Below, in pieces: positions 46,881 through 56,574 of a stretch of 64,000 bases of DNA. A program made the translations under genes and the position numbers. Under the pieces are notes generated by a model. It was not told the DNA's origin. It saw only the letters and a list, made by a program, of their open reading frames with translations, and did no database searches. Every line of letters starts with the position of its first letter. Position 1 is the stretch's first letter. Origin of the DNA: Bacilli bacterium (GTDB lineage Bacteria; Bacillota_I; Bacilli_A; RFN20; UBA1709); assembly GCA_050949315.1 (NCBI GenBank), contig JBMNFL010000001.1, positions 642,043-706,042 of the forward strand, read 5' to 3'.

Positions 46881-48456
46881 ATTTAAAACTAATACTAAGT
46901 GTTGCTACACCAAAAACAATAGAATCAACACTAATCGTAAAATTGACCGGAGTTCCATCATACCAAGTGGCGTTTTCACCAAAAGATTGACCAGCATAAA
47001 ACAAATCGCTATCGCTAGCCTCTGTTGGTAAATCACCATGCACGGTATGGGTAAATTTTTCTAAACTCGCATCGCCATCTCCCTCCATGAGTTTGGCAAA
47101 AAGACGAGAACTTGTGGAATTATTGTAAGAAAATATCGTGTAATAGACATCTAAATTTAAGGCATCGCCAACTGAGTGATCAACCGTGGCATCGATATGA
47201 TAAATACGAACGCCCTTGTTCTTAAACAAACCCCAACAACCTTTATGAAGCTCGTTTAACTTTGTTGGAGTATAAAAATCGACTAGGTAATATTCACTGA
47301 AATAAGAGTCATTCCACTCTTTAGGGATTAATAAAACTTGATATTCATTCTCGTTTGGCGTGTCTTGCATACTTACTAATTTTATAGTTTCATCACTGGT
47401 TATTACTTTTGGTTCAATCCAGCCCAACAAGATCTTACTCTGAGGACCATGATCACCAACGCTGGCATCCATCAAATCCGCTCCGCCTAAACCACCAATC
47501 ATTTTACTAGGCACAGCATTACCATTTTTATCTTGGTAATCATAATCATAGTAATCATCTAAACCCAATAAATGTCCGGTTTCATGAATATAGGTTACAG
47601 CATTGATAGGAATGTATTTGGTGCCTGTACAGTCGTAAGGCTCATTGATAAAATCAACACTAGCCCACATGTAATAATCAACCTTTAATCCATCATAATT
47701 ACTAGTGTGCTTTTGAGGATACCAATCAACCCAAGCCCACCAAAAATCATCATCCATATATTCAAGTAAGATAATATCTTGATTATCGCTACCAGAATAA
47801 GGCAAACTGTAAATCAAACAAACCGCATCGATAACACCATCATTATTGGAGTCATAGTTGGAATAATCTATCTCATTATCTAGACCTGCTAAAACCTCCT
47901 CTAAAATTACAGCAACGCCATTGTCAACATCGTTTTGATAATAACAAAAATTTTGACTTAGAGTAAAAGCCGTTTCTAAAACGTCGAAAGTTAAATCCAA
48001 CTTCCCATAAGAACTTTTATTATAAAAAGAACTGACGCTTTCAAAACCCGTCTGTTCGGAAGTGCCATTAAAAGCCAATTGGATTTTATCTAAATCTCCC
48101 TCCGCAAAACGGCCAAATCCTTTGTAGGTTTGAAATTCCACCGGAACCACCAAAATTTTCGGTGTCCCCATGCTAGGTACTCCAACACCAATTTTTGTTA
48201 TCCCTTCCGCGTCCTGAAGCATATCATCTAATAGTTTTTGACCTTCACCTGTAAAAACATAATTACTAGCGCTTGAACTGCTGCTATGACCAGTAGATGA
48301 CGAAGAGCTTGATGAACTTGAAGCACTAGAAACGCTAGTGGTAGTAGAACTACTGCTTGTTGAACTACTATCGCTACTGCTATAACTAGTAAAAAACGAG
48401 CCACAGCCCGTTAATAAAAGGCCTAATAATAGAATTAAAATTTTTTGCTTTTTCAT
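46879..48456 (-). CDS. Secreted M6-family (immune inhibitor A-like) zinc metalloprotease lipoprotein with poly-Ser/Thr linker
   Basis: HETGHLLGLDDYYD signature. Probable start MKKQKILILLLGLLLTGC (lipobox) at 48456. ~45-residue Ser/Thr-rich low-complexity stretch (nt ~48231-48360). Confidence 0.7.
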   Translation of the reverse strand: MKKQKILILLLGLLLTGCGSFFTSYSSSDSSSTSSSSTTTSVSSASSSSSSSSSTGHSSSSSASNYVFTGEGQKLLDDMLQDAEGITKIGVGVPSMGTPKILVVPVEFQTYKGFGRFAEGDLDKIQLAFNGTSEQTGFESVSSFYNKSSYGKLDLTFDVLETAFTLSQNFCYYQNDVDNGVAVILEEVLAGLDNEIDYSNYDSNNDGVIDAVCLIYSLPYSGSDNQDIILLEYMDDDFWWAWVDWYPQKHTSNYDGLKVDYYMWASVDFINEPYDCTGTKYIPINAVTYIHETGHLLGLDDYYDYDYQDKNGNAVPSKMIGGLGGADLMDASVGDHGPQSKILLGWIEPKVITSDETIKLVSMQDTPNENEYQVLLIPKEWNDSYFSEYYLVDFYTPTKLNELHKGCWGLFKNKGVRIYHIDATVDHSVGDALNLDVYYTIFSYNNSTSSRLFAKLMEGDGDASLEKFTHTVHGDLPTEASDSDLFYAGQSFGENATWYDGTPVNFTISVDSIVFGVATLSISFK

Positions 48457-48458
48457 TT

Positions 48459-49787
48459 TTAAATAGCTAAGGTCCCCATTGGGTCCCATGGTTTTAAAAC
48501 AATAGGTTTTTGTTCGACGGCTTTTTGTTGAGCTTCGGTTAGATATTTTTTATTGATAACAGCTTGATAAACATATTTATCAAACCAACTATCTGTCATA
48601 ACAAAATACCCTTTACTGCCAGCTTCTTCGCCCCAAGAATTTTCAATCTTCCAGCGATTGGGCTTGCCCCTTACTAGATTTACCCCAGTAATAACCATGG
48701 CGTGATTCATTGCACTTTCGCGATAATTTAAAGAGCAGGCTTTACACATTTCTAAGTCCATCTCTAAAACTTCGTCATAACTAAAAGCTTCGTCATCCCA
48801 AATACCATTACTGCGATCTCCAGCTTTACCACAGTCACTGCCAAACCAAACCGGTTCTTGGGCCTTTAATTGTTTCAAAACCGCTTCTTTGAACTCCTCC
48901 ATCTCTAAATTGAGATAATGAATTGGTTTTCCCCCAACAACATTGCCTAAATACTGAATGGTATAAGTTTTATTGAAAGGTTTATCTTCAGTCGGTGCAT
49001 TGATGATGCTTATATAATCATCCAAATCTAACCCAACATACTTTTCATAAAAACTATGGGGAGTAAGATTTTCCTCACAATGATAGTTTTGATCCTTATC
49101 AACATATTCAAACTTAAAGCTTTCGGGTATACGGCCAAAACAAGAATTGAGTAAGAAATAAATTTCTTTTAATGCTTTATCCTTTTCACGCATCAACTCT
49201 TCTTTTTGACCGGCTTTATAAAGTTTTTGAGCTCTAGCCGTAAATTTACGCAAACGCCTACTAATAATTTGATTCATCGTGGCCGTATTTGATGATTGGA
49301 AAGTTTCAGGCATCGCATCTTTTGGCATAAGCCCATATTTCTGGACGATGTTAACAAACATATCCCACTGCCCACCATCCTGAATTGGACGAGAAGTTAA
49401 ATGAGCGAAAACACGATCATCATAATCGCGATCAATCAACTCCATAATTGTTTCAAGATAATAATTGGCTTTTTCAAACTTGTCCCAAAAAGCAATATAA
49501 TTTTGGGAAAACTCAAAATTTTCTAATTGTAATTTCTTAGCCACAATTTCCCGCAAGACATTACAACCCGCGAAAATCCAACAACGCCCTGTAGATTTCT
49601 GTGCTGTTGCTTTTAAAGTTTTAATATCAATGGAGAACTTCATAGTACTCTTTTGACAAGTTTCCATATTATTTGCAATATTCGCTAAAGAGTTGCGATT
49701 TAAGGCTCTCCTTAAAACCAATTGTGTTTTGCTTTTATCATAAGCTTTTTGCGTTTTTTTAATCTCTTCTTTACTAATTACCCGCAT
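48459..49787 (-). CDS. pepC: Aminopeptidase C (bleomycin hydrolase, C1 family)
   Basis: QKSTGRCWIFAGCN catalytic Cys region. Start ATG 49787 (MRVISKEE) with AAAGGAGG 8 nt upstream rather than the track start 49823. Confidence 0.85.
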   Translation of the reverse strand: MRVISKEEIKKTQKAYDKSKTQLVLRRALNRNSLANIANNMETCQKSTMKFSIDIKTLKATAQKSTGRCWIFAGCNVLREIVAKKLQLENFEFSQNYIAFWDKFEKANYYLETIMELIDRDYDDRVFAHLTSRPIQDGGQWDMFVNIVQKYGLMPKDAMPETFQSSNTATMNQIISRRLRKFTARAQKLYKAGQKEELMREKDKALKEIYFLLNSCFGRIPESFKFEYVDKDQNYHCEENLTPHSFYEKYVGLDLDDYISIINAPTEDKPFNKTYTIQYLGNVVGGKPIHYLNLEMEEFKEAVLKQLKAQEPVWFGSDCGKAGDRSNGIWDDEAFSYDEVLEMDLEMCKACSLNYRESAMNHAMVITGVNLVRGKPNRWKIENSWGEEAGSKGYFVMTDSWFDKYVYQAVINKKYLTEAQQKAVEQKPIVLKPWDPMGTLAI

Positions 49788-49916
49788 ATTAAAAATCCTC
49801 CTTTTTAGTAATCGTCCTTGCAAAATTATTAAACGATACCAAAAGCATTATAAATGCTTTTTTATTAAAACTTAAGCAATATACTCGTTTTCTGGCTTGT
49901 AATCGCTTACAAGATT

Positions 49917-50561
49917 TTATTTGTCAATAACTTCGTTTATTTGACTAACTTTATCAATAATGTGCTTCACTGGAAAAATCTCTAATTCATCTCGGTGGCG
50001 GAAACCCCAAGTAACTAAACAACCTTGTAGATTATTTTGTAACAAAGAACGAGCATCAATATCCGTATCACCAAAATAAAAGAATTCTTCTTTTGAGGCC
50101 TTTGTTTTCTCCAAAATATATTCGAACATAGAATAATCTGGCTTAGCTGCTATGCCTTTTTTCTGTCCGATATAAGCATCAAAAATTCCTGGAAAATGGG
50201 CGGCAACTAGCTCCTCACCAATTTCGTGCTTTTTATTAGTGATAACCGCTAATTTGTACCCTTTTTCCTTAAGCTTTTTCAATTCATCAACCATGCCATC
50301 AAAGGGTTTGCTTAAAATGTTGGCATGCTGAGAATAATAAGTTAAAAAATAATCCATCATAACTTGAACTTCGGCTTTGCTGACTTTGGGAGCAGCTCGT
50401 TCTACCAATTTAAAAGTGCCCGCTCCAATAAAAACGCGAACCTCTTCTTTGCTTAATCTTTTCAAATTAAAATGATCCATTGTTTTATTAACGGCATTAA
50501 CTAAATCATCAAGGGAGTCTAGAATTGTTCCATCTAAATCAAAACCAATAACTTTGTACAT
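49917..50561 (-). CDS. HAD-family hydrolase (phosphoglycolate phosphatase / PpaX-like)
   Basis: IGFDLDGTILDS motif I. Confidence 0.7.
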   Translation of the reverse strand: MYKVIGFDLDGTILDSLDDLVNAVNKTMDHFNLKRLSKEEVRVFIGAGTFKLVERAAPKVSKAEVQVMMDYFLTYYSQHANILSKPFDGMVDELKKLKEKGYKLAVITNKKHEIGEELVAAHFPGIFDAYIGQKKGIAAKPDYSMFEYILEKTKASKEEFFYFGDTDIDARSLLQNNLQGCLVTWGFRHRDELEIFPVKHIIDKVSQINEVIDK

Positions 50562-50564
50562 AAT

Positions 50565-51026
50565 TTAATATCTCTCTTTACTATATTGTCTTATACTCTT
50601 CTCAATTGCTTTCTTTTTCTCATCTTCGCGCTTGTCATACTTGTGTTTACCTTTAGCCACCGCAATCTCAACTTTGGCACGTCCCTTAGTTAAATATACT
50701 TTGGTGGGAATAAGAGTATAACCAGCTTCTTGAACTTTTTGTTTCATCTTCAAAATTTCTTTTTTATGAAGCAACAATTTTCTTGTGCGCGCTGGCTCAT
50801 GATTGAAAAGATTGCCTTTACTATATTCAGCAATGTTCATATTTAAAATATACGCTTCATCATTTTTAATAATAACATAGGCGTCCTTAATATTGACCGC
50901 ATGTTCACGCAAAGCTTTAATTTCGGTTCCAAGCAAAACAAGGCCCGCCTCGTAGCGTTCCTCCAAAAAATAATCAAAACGCGCTTTCCGGTTTTCAGAA
51001 ACGACTTTAATCTTTGCCTGTTCCAT
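50565..51026 (-). CDS. smpB: SsrA-binding protein
   Basis: 153 aa. Conserved SmpB core. Follows rnr. Confidence 0.9.
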   Translation of the reverse strand: MEQAKIKVVSENRKARFDYFLEERYEAGLVLLGTEIKALREHAVNIKDAYVIIKNDEAYILNMNIAEYSKGNLFNHEPARTRKLLLHKKEILKMKQKVQEAGYTLIPTKVYLTKGRAKVEIAVAKGKHKYDKREDEKKKAIEKSIRQYSKERY

Positions 51027-51033
51027 AATTAAA

Positions 51034-53094
51034 CTATATTCTTTCTACTAACAAAAAATCAATCTTTCTTAGTTCTTTACTTGCAGATTTGACCTCAACT
51101 TTTACTTTATCGCCCAATTTATAAATTTTTTGGCTTCCTTCACCAATAGCGATCATCCTTTTTTCATCAAAAATATAATAATCATCCATTAAATCTGAAA
51201 ACTTAACTAAACCTTCAATAGTGTTGGGAAGTTGAACAAAGAAACCACTATTAATCATCCCAGAAATTCTACCCTCATATAATTGACCGATTTTATCTTC
51301 CATATATTCGGCTTTCTTTAAATCATCAACTTGTCTTTCTAATTCAATGGCACGACGTTCACAAAGGGAGGCCATTGAACACTCAAACTCTAAATCTTTT
51401 TCTAAATTCTTTGTTCTAGAAGGCTTTCTTTCAGAATATTGCTTGAGCAAACGATGAACCATTAAATCCGGATATCTTCTAATTGGGGCCGTGAAATGCG
51501 TATAACAAGAACTCGCTAAACCAAAGTGCCCAATATTTTCTGTTTGGTAAACGGCTTTAGCTAAACTTCTTAAAAGCAAGCTAGAAACGACATTGTGAAT
51601 ATCATCATCTTTAGTTCTTGTTAACAAGGCTTGTAATTCTAAAGGATGTATGCCTTTTTTACTCAATTTTATGTTATAACCACGTGCCTCAATTAAACGA
51701 CAAAACTCATTGAGTTTGGCAAGTTTAGGTTTATCATGCACCCGATAAACAAAGGGAAGACTTTGCCAATAAATATGATTGGCCACGGTTTCATTGGCAG
51801 CAACCATGAAATCTTCAATAAGCTTTTCACCTTCGTCTTGAACACGTAAAAAAACATCAACAGGGAAACCTGTCTCACCAACAACAATTTTCGCCTCACC
51901 AATATCTAAATCTAAAGTTCCTCTTTTTTCTTTCATTTTTCGCAAAATATGCGACAACTCTAAACCTTCGTTGAGCATTTGGGCTAAATCTGGTTCAAAT
52001 TCGTGTTTCCCTTTATAAAAGGCATTAACTTCCGTATAATTCAAACGCTGGGAGGATTTAATATAAGAATCATAAATTTCATAATCTACTACCTCGCCCT
52101 CGTCATTAATTGTCATTTCACAGGACTTTGTTAAACGAAGTACCCCTGGATTTAAAGAACAGATACCATTCGATAAGGCATGCGGGAGCATGGGGATAAC
52201 ATAATCTGTTAAATATATTGATGTCCCGCGCTTAAAAGCTTCGCGATCAATCAAACTGAATTTTGTAACATAATGTGAAACGTCGGCAATATGAACACCA
52301 AGATAGTAGGTTCCATCAGGGTTCTTATGACATTCGATAGCATCATCAAGATCTTTAGCATCTTCACCATCAATCGTAACAATCAATCGCTCGGTTAGAT
52401 CAACCCGATCTTTTAACTCTTCATAACTAATTTCACTAGGGATATTTTGTTCTACTTCTTGTAAAACTTCCTCACTAAAACGCAAAGGAACATTGGCTTG
52501 ATAGGCCAAAGATAGAATATCAACTTTTGGATCGTTTTTATGCCCTAAAATTGTTGTTACTTCACCAATAATCCTCGGTAAACGCCTACTAATTTTAACT
52601 ACTACCCTATGACCCTCTTGGGCATTTTTCATTTTCTTACTATCTAAATCAATAAGCGGAAAAGAACTTTCTAAAGGGTGAAGATAAGGACTGTGGCGTC
52701 CAAACATAACTTCACCGACAATATTGCCATCATAGGCTTTGACAATTTTGTAAACATGAGCATTAGTGCCCTTACGGGAAATTAAAACACGATCTTGATA
52801 AATAGCACCCATGGAATTTTCTTCAGCAATGTTGTAAGTTTTCTTTTCTTCATCTTTGCCCACTTGAGCAATTAAGCCTTTAGAGGTGGCTTTAATTATG
52901 GTCGCCAACTCATAACCATAGGCCTCAGATAAGGCAATCTTGCCGTTTTTAGTTAAAAAAACTAAGCCTTCTTCTTCCATGGCTTTAACTTCTTTCTCAA
53001 GTCCGCGCTTGATTCCAAGCTTTTCTTTAAGTTCCTCAAGCGTTAAAGGTTGTCGACGTATCTCTTTAAGCAAATTTAAAATTTTTTCTCTCAT
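51034..53094 (-). CDS. rnr: Ribonuclease R
   Basis: RNB catalytic domain, C-terminal S1 domain. 686 aa. Confidence 0.9.
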   Translation of the reverse strand: MREKILNLLKEIRRQPLTLEELKEKLGIKRGLEKEVKAMEEEGLVFLTKNGKIALSEAYGYELATIIKATSKGLIAQVGKDEEKKTYNIAEENSMGAIYQDRVLISRKGTNAHVYKIVKAYDGNIVGEVMFGRHSPYLHPLESSFPLIDLDSKKMKNAQEGHRVVVKISRRLPRIIGEVTTILGHKNDPKVDILSLAYQANVPLRFSEEVLQEVEQNIPSEISYEELKDRVDLTERLIVTIDGEDAKDLDDAIECHKNPDGTYYLGVHIADVSHYVTKFSLIDREAFKRGTSIYLTDYVIPMLPHALSNGICSLNPGVLRLTKSCEMTINDEGEVVDYEIYDSYIKSSQRLNYTEVNAFYKGKHEFEPDLAQMLNEGLELSHILRKMKEKRGTLDLDIGEAKIVVGETGFPVDVFLRVQDEGEKLIEDFMVAANETVANHIYWQSLPFVYRVHDKPKLAKLNEFCRLIEARGYNIKLSKKGIHPLELQALLTRTKDDDIHNVVSSLLLRSLAKAVYQTENIGHFGLASSCYTHFTAPIRRYPDLMVHRLLKQYSERKPSRTKNLEKDLEFECSMASLCERRAIELERQVDDLKKAEYMEDKIGQLYEGRISGMINSGFFVQLPNTIEGLVKFSDLMDDYYIFDEKRMIAIGEGSQKIYKLGDKVKVEVKSASKELRKIDFLLVERI

Positions 53095-53109
53095 CGTTCA
53101 TACTCCTTT

Positions 53110-53140
53110 AAAAAAAGATAGAGGGTTTTAGTTTACCCTC
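53110..53140 (-). terminator. Terminator after secG (overlaps rnr RBS region)
   Basis: gagggt-aaactaaa-accctc followed by T-run on minus strand. Confidence 0.45.
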
Positions 53141-53144
53141 AGTC

Positions 53145-53378
53145 TTATAATAATACGCGAACAGCTACTGCCATAAAAAAGAACAAGCCTGCCAGAACAA
53201 ACGTTATTCTGGTTAAAGCTTTTTCAGTACCTCGTTCTTTCATCGTGGCAAACGAGTGAGCGTTACTCAAACCACCCATGATTGAAGAAGAAGCCCCTTC
53301 GCCTTTTCCGCCTTGAATTAAGGTTATAATAATGATAAGTACGGCAATTACCAGAAAGATCCAATCAAGAAAATGCAT
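53145..53378 (-). CDS. secG: Preprotein translocase subunit SecG
   Basis: 77 aa, two TM helices, gly-rich loop. Confidence 0.8.
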   Translation of the reverse strand: MHFLDWIFLVIAVLIIIITLIQGGKGEGASSSIMGGLSNAHSFATMKERGTEKALTRITFVLAGLFFFMAVAVRVLL

Positions 53379-53454
53379 AAATTTCCTCCTTCATCATAAA
53401 AATTCTACGTATTTCATTTTACACACAAATAGTTAAACACGCAAGTTCTTTAAA

Positions 53455-55446
53455 TTAAAATGGGCTCATTTCCGCTTTGATTTCTAAAATTGCATCTCTT
53501 AATTCGGCGGCCTTTTCAAAATCTAGTTCTCTAGCAGCCTGACGCATTTCTTTTTCTAGATTCTTGAGTAATTTATTGGTTGCCGTGCGACTTAAAGGCT
53601 TCCCGTCCTTTAGATATTTTTCAAGCCCAGTTACCTCTTCAGTCAAATGAATTGGCTCTTTGATTTCTTTATGAACGGTTTTAGGAATAATATTATGGGT
53701 TTTATTATAGTTTTCTTGGATTTTTCTTCGTCTCTCTGTTTCGTCAACTGCTTTTTTCATTGAATCAGTGATTTTGTCAGCATACATAATAACCTTGCCA
53801 TGTTCATTACGGGCCGCTCTCCCAATAATTTGAATCAGTGATCTTTCGCTACGCAAAAAACCCTCTTTATCGGCATCAAGAATAAGAATCAGAGAAACTT
53901 CAGGAATATCTAAGCCTTCTCTTAATAGATTAATGCCTACCAAAACATCATATTTGCCCTTTCTTAATTCGTAGATGATTTCAGTTCGTTGTAGGGTCTT
54001 TGTTTCGTTATGAAGATAGGCTACTTTTAAATTTTGCTGTTTCAAAAAGGTTGTTAATTCTTCAGCCATCCTAATAGTTAAAGTAGTAATTAAAGTTCTT
54101 TCATTAGCCTTTATTCTTTCTTTAATTTCTTGAATAATATCGTTAATCTGGCCCATTGTTGGCCTTATTTCTACTACTGGATCTAATAAACCTGTTGGCC
54201 TAATAATCTGTTCAACTACTTCGTTACCAACCTTTTCCATCTCATAATCACCAGGGGTGGCTGAGGTAAAAATCACATTAGAAATGCGTTTTTCAAATTC
54301 TGCAAATTTTAAAGGACGATTATCAAGGGCGCTAGGTAAACGAAAACCATATTTAACTAGTGTTTCTTTACGAGAACGATCTCCATTATACATTCCTCTA
54401 ATCTGTGGCAAAGAAACATGTGATTCATCAACAATCACTAGATAATTCCGCTCTTTAAAATAGTCCATAATGGTAAACGGAGCTTCGCCTTTTTTACGTT
54501 TATCAATATGTCGAGAATAGTTCTCAATTCCAGGACAAATTCCATATTCTTCAATTTGTTCAACATCACGGCGCGTTCGTTGATCTAAACGTTCTGCCTC
54601 TAATAATTTCCCAGCATCCTTAAATTTTTGAACTTCTATAACAAGTTCTTCTAAAATTGTTTGAACCGCCTCATTTAAACGTTTTTGACTAGAGGCATGA
54701 GATTCCGCTGGATAAATCGGGATATATTGATAAGTTCTTTGGGTTGTCCCTGCTAAAGGATCAACTTCACTTATCCGTTCAACCACATCTGCAAAGAGTT
54801 CAACTCTAATAAACACTCGATCGGTATATGGCGGGGCGATTTCTAAAACATCGCCACGAACACGAAAACTCCCTGGCACTAAATCAAGCATCGTTCGTTT
54901 ATATTGAGCATTAATCAACAACCTGACGATGTCTCTACGATTAATGCTTTCCCCCACTCGTAAAGAAAAAAGTAAACTTGAATATTCTTCCGGATCATTT
55001 AAAGCATAAATTGCGGCAACAGAAGCAACAATAATAGTATCGCCGCGGGTCAAAGCTGAGTTGATGGCCGCATTGCGCATCATTTCAATTTCCATATTCA
55101 TATCAGCACTTTTTTCAATATATGTGTCGCTTTTGGGAATATAAGCTTCAGGTTGATAAAAATCAAAGTTTGAGATGAAGTATTCTACACGATTTTCAGG
55201 GAAAAAACTTTTTAACTCACTATAAAGTTGACCAGCTAAAGTCTTATTGTGAACCATAACTAAAGTTGGTCTTTGAATTTGGGCGATTACATTAGCAATT
55301 GTGTAGGTTTTCCCCGTTCCTGTTGCCCCTAGTAAAACCTGATATCTTTTGTTAGCACGTAGCCCCTCTACCAACGTTTTAATGGCCTCAGGCTGATCGC
55401 CAGTTGGCTGAAAAGGAGAAACTAATTTAAAAGGGCGTTCTTCCAT
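53455..55446 (-). CDS. uvrB: Excinuclease ABC subunit B
   Basis: GATGTGKT Walker A, helicase motifs, C-terminal UVR domain. 663 aa. Confidence 0.95.
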   Translation of the reverse strand: MEERPFKLVSPFQPTGDQPEAIKTLVEGLRANKRYQVLLGATGTGKTYTIANVIAQIQRPTLVMVHNKTLAGQLYSELKSFFPENRVEYFISNFDFYQPEAYIPKSDTYIEKSADMNMEIEMMRNAAINSALTRGDTIIVASVAAIYALNDPEEYSSLLFSLRVGESINRRDIVRLLINAQYKRTMLDLVPGSFRVRGDVLEIAPPYTDRVFIRVELFADVVERISEVDPLAGTTQRTYQYIPIYPAESHASSQKRLNEAVQTILEELVIEVQKFKDAGKLLEAERLDQRTRRDVEQIEEYGICPGIENYSRHIDKRKKGEAPFTIMDYFKERNYLVIVDESHVSLPQIRGMYNGDRSRKETLVKYGFRLPSALDNRPLKFAEFEKRISNVIFTSATPGDYEMEKVGNEVVEQIIRPTGLLDPVVEIRPTMGQINDIIQEIKERIKANERTLITTLTIRMAEELTTFLKQQNLKVAYLHNETKTLQRTEIIYELRKGKYDVLVGINLLREGLDIPEVSLILILDADKEGFLRSERSLIQIIGRAARNEHGKVIMYADKITDSMKKAVDETERRRKIQENYNKTHNIIPKTVHKEIKEPIHLTEEVTGLEKYLKDGKPLSRTATNKLLKNLEKEMRQAARELDFEKAAELRDAILEIKAEMSPF

Positions 55447-55448
55447 GA

Positions 55449-56553
55449 TTAAACCACCTTCGTTTTAAGATAAGCATAGATAAATTGATCTATATCGCCA
55501 TCCATAACCGACTCAGTATCCGCACTTTCATAATTAGAACGATGATCTTTGACTAAACAATAGGGACAAAAAACATAAGAGCGAATTTGCGAACCCCACT
55601 CAATAGCTTTCTGCTCTCCCCGTAAACTATCTAATTGTCGTTCTTTTTCTTCTAATTGCTTTTGATATAATTTCGACTTCAATGTTAACATAGCCTTTTC
55701 GCGATTTTGCATTTGTGACCGCTGCGATTGGCAACAGACCACAATGCCCGTAGGAAGATGGGTGATCCTTACGGCGGAATCGGTTTTATTGACATGTTGT
55801 CCTCCGGCACCACTCGCACGATAAGTGTCTATTCTAAGATCGGCTTCATCAACAACAACTTCGCTATCTTCGTTAAAAACTGGGATAACTTCGACCGATG
55901 AAAAAGAAGTATGACGCCGACCTGAAGCATCAAAAGGCGAGATACGCACCAGTCGGTGAACACCTTGCTCGGCTTTTAAATAACCATAAGCGTTAGGCCC
56001 ATGAACAATAAAGGTCACACTTTTAATTCCCGCTTCATCGCCCGCTTGATAATCCAATATTTCAACTTTATAATCTTTACTTTCGCTATAACGAACATAC
56101 ATTCTTAATAACATTTCCGCCCAATCTTGGCTTTCCGTTCCCCCAGCTCCTGGGTGAATTTCTACTAGGGCATCGTTATAATCATAGTCCTGATTAAGAA
56201 GAATTAACATTTCAAAAGTCTCAACTTTTTTAGATACTTTTTTAAAATCCTTCTCAAGTAATTCATGCATTTCTTCACTATACTCTTCTTTAAGAAGTTT
56301 TAATTCATCAAGAAAATTATTAGTCAAAACAACTAACTCCTGATAACCATTAATTGTATTCTTTAAAGTGTTGATTTGTTTGATGGTTTTTTGAGCCTGA
56401 TTCTTGTCTTGCCAAAAGTCGGGCTCTATAGTTTTAGCTTCTAATTTTTTTACCTGTTCTTCTTTGCTAGGCAGGTCAAAGAGAGTCACCCAATTCTTTC
56501 AATTTAGTCCTAAAGGACTCGGCTTGTAAATTCATTTCATATATTTCTAACAT
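55449..56553 (-). CDS. prfB: Peptide chain release factor 2, with programmed +1 ribosomal frameshift at CTT TGA C (56481-56475)
   Basis: Frame 0 starts ATG 56553 (MLEIYEMNLQAESFRTKLKELGDSL) and hits TGA at 56478-56476. The +1 frame continues DLPSKEEQ.. (the 346-aa track ORF), with the GGQ and SPF motif regions. Confidence 0.9.
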
Positions 56554-56574
56554 TGATTCCACCCACCCTATAAA

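Noticed and set aside
48231-48360. Ser/Thr-codon-rich low-complexity DNA resembling a tandem repeat
   Set aside because: It lies in-frame within the M6 protease lipoprotein and encodes a poly-Ser linker. No regular period and no spacer structure, so it is not a CRISPR or satellite.
49824-50565. tmRNA (ssrA) expected downstream of smpB
   Set aside because: smpB is followed after 3 nt by a HAD hydrolase gene. The 49824-49916 gap is too short and shows no tRNA-like acceptor/T-arm.
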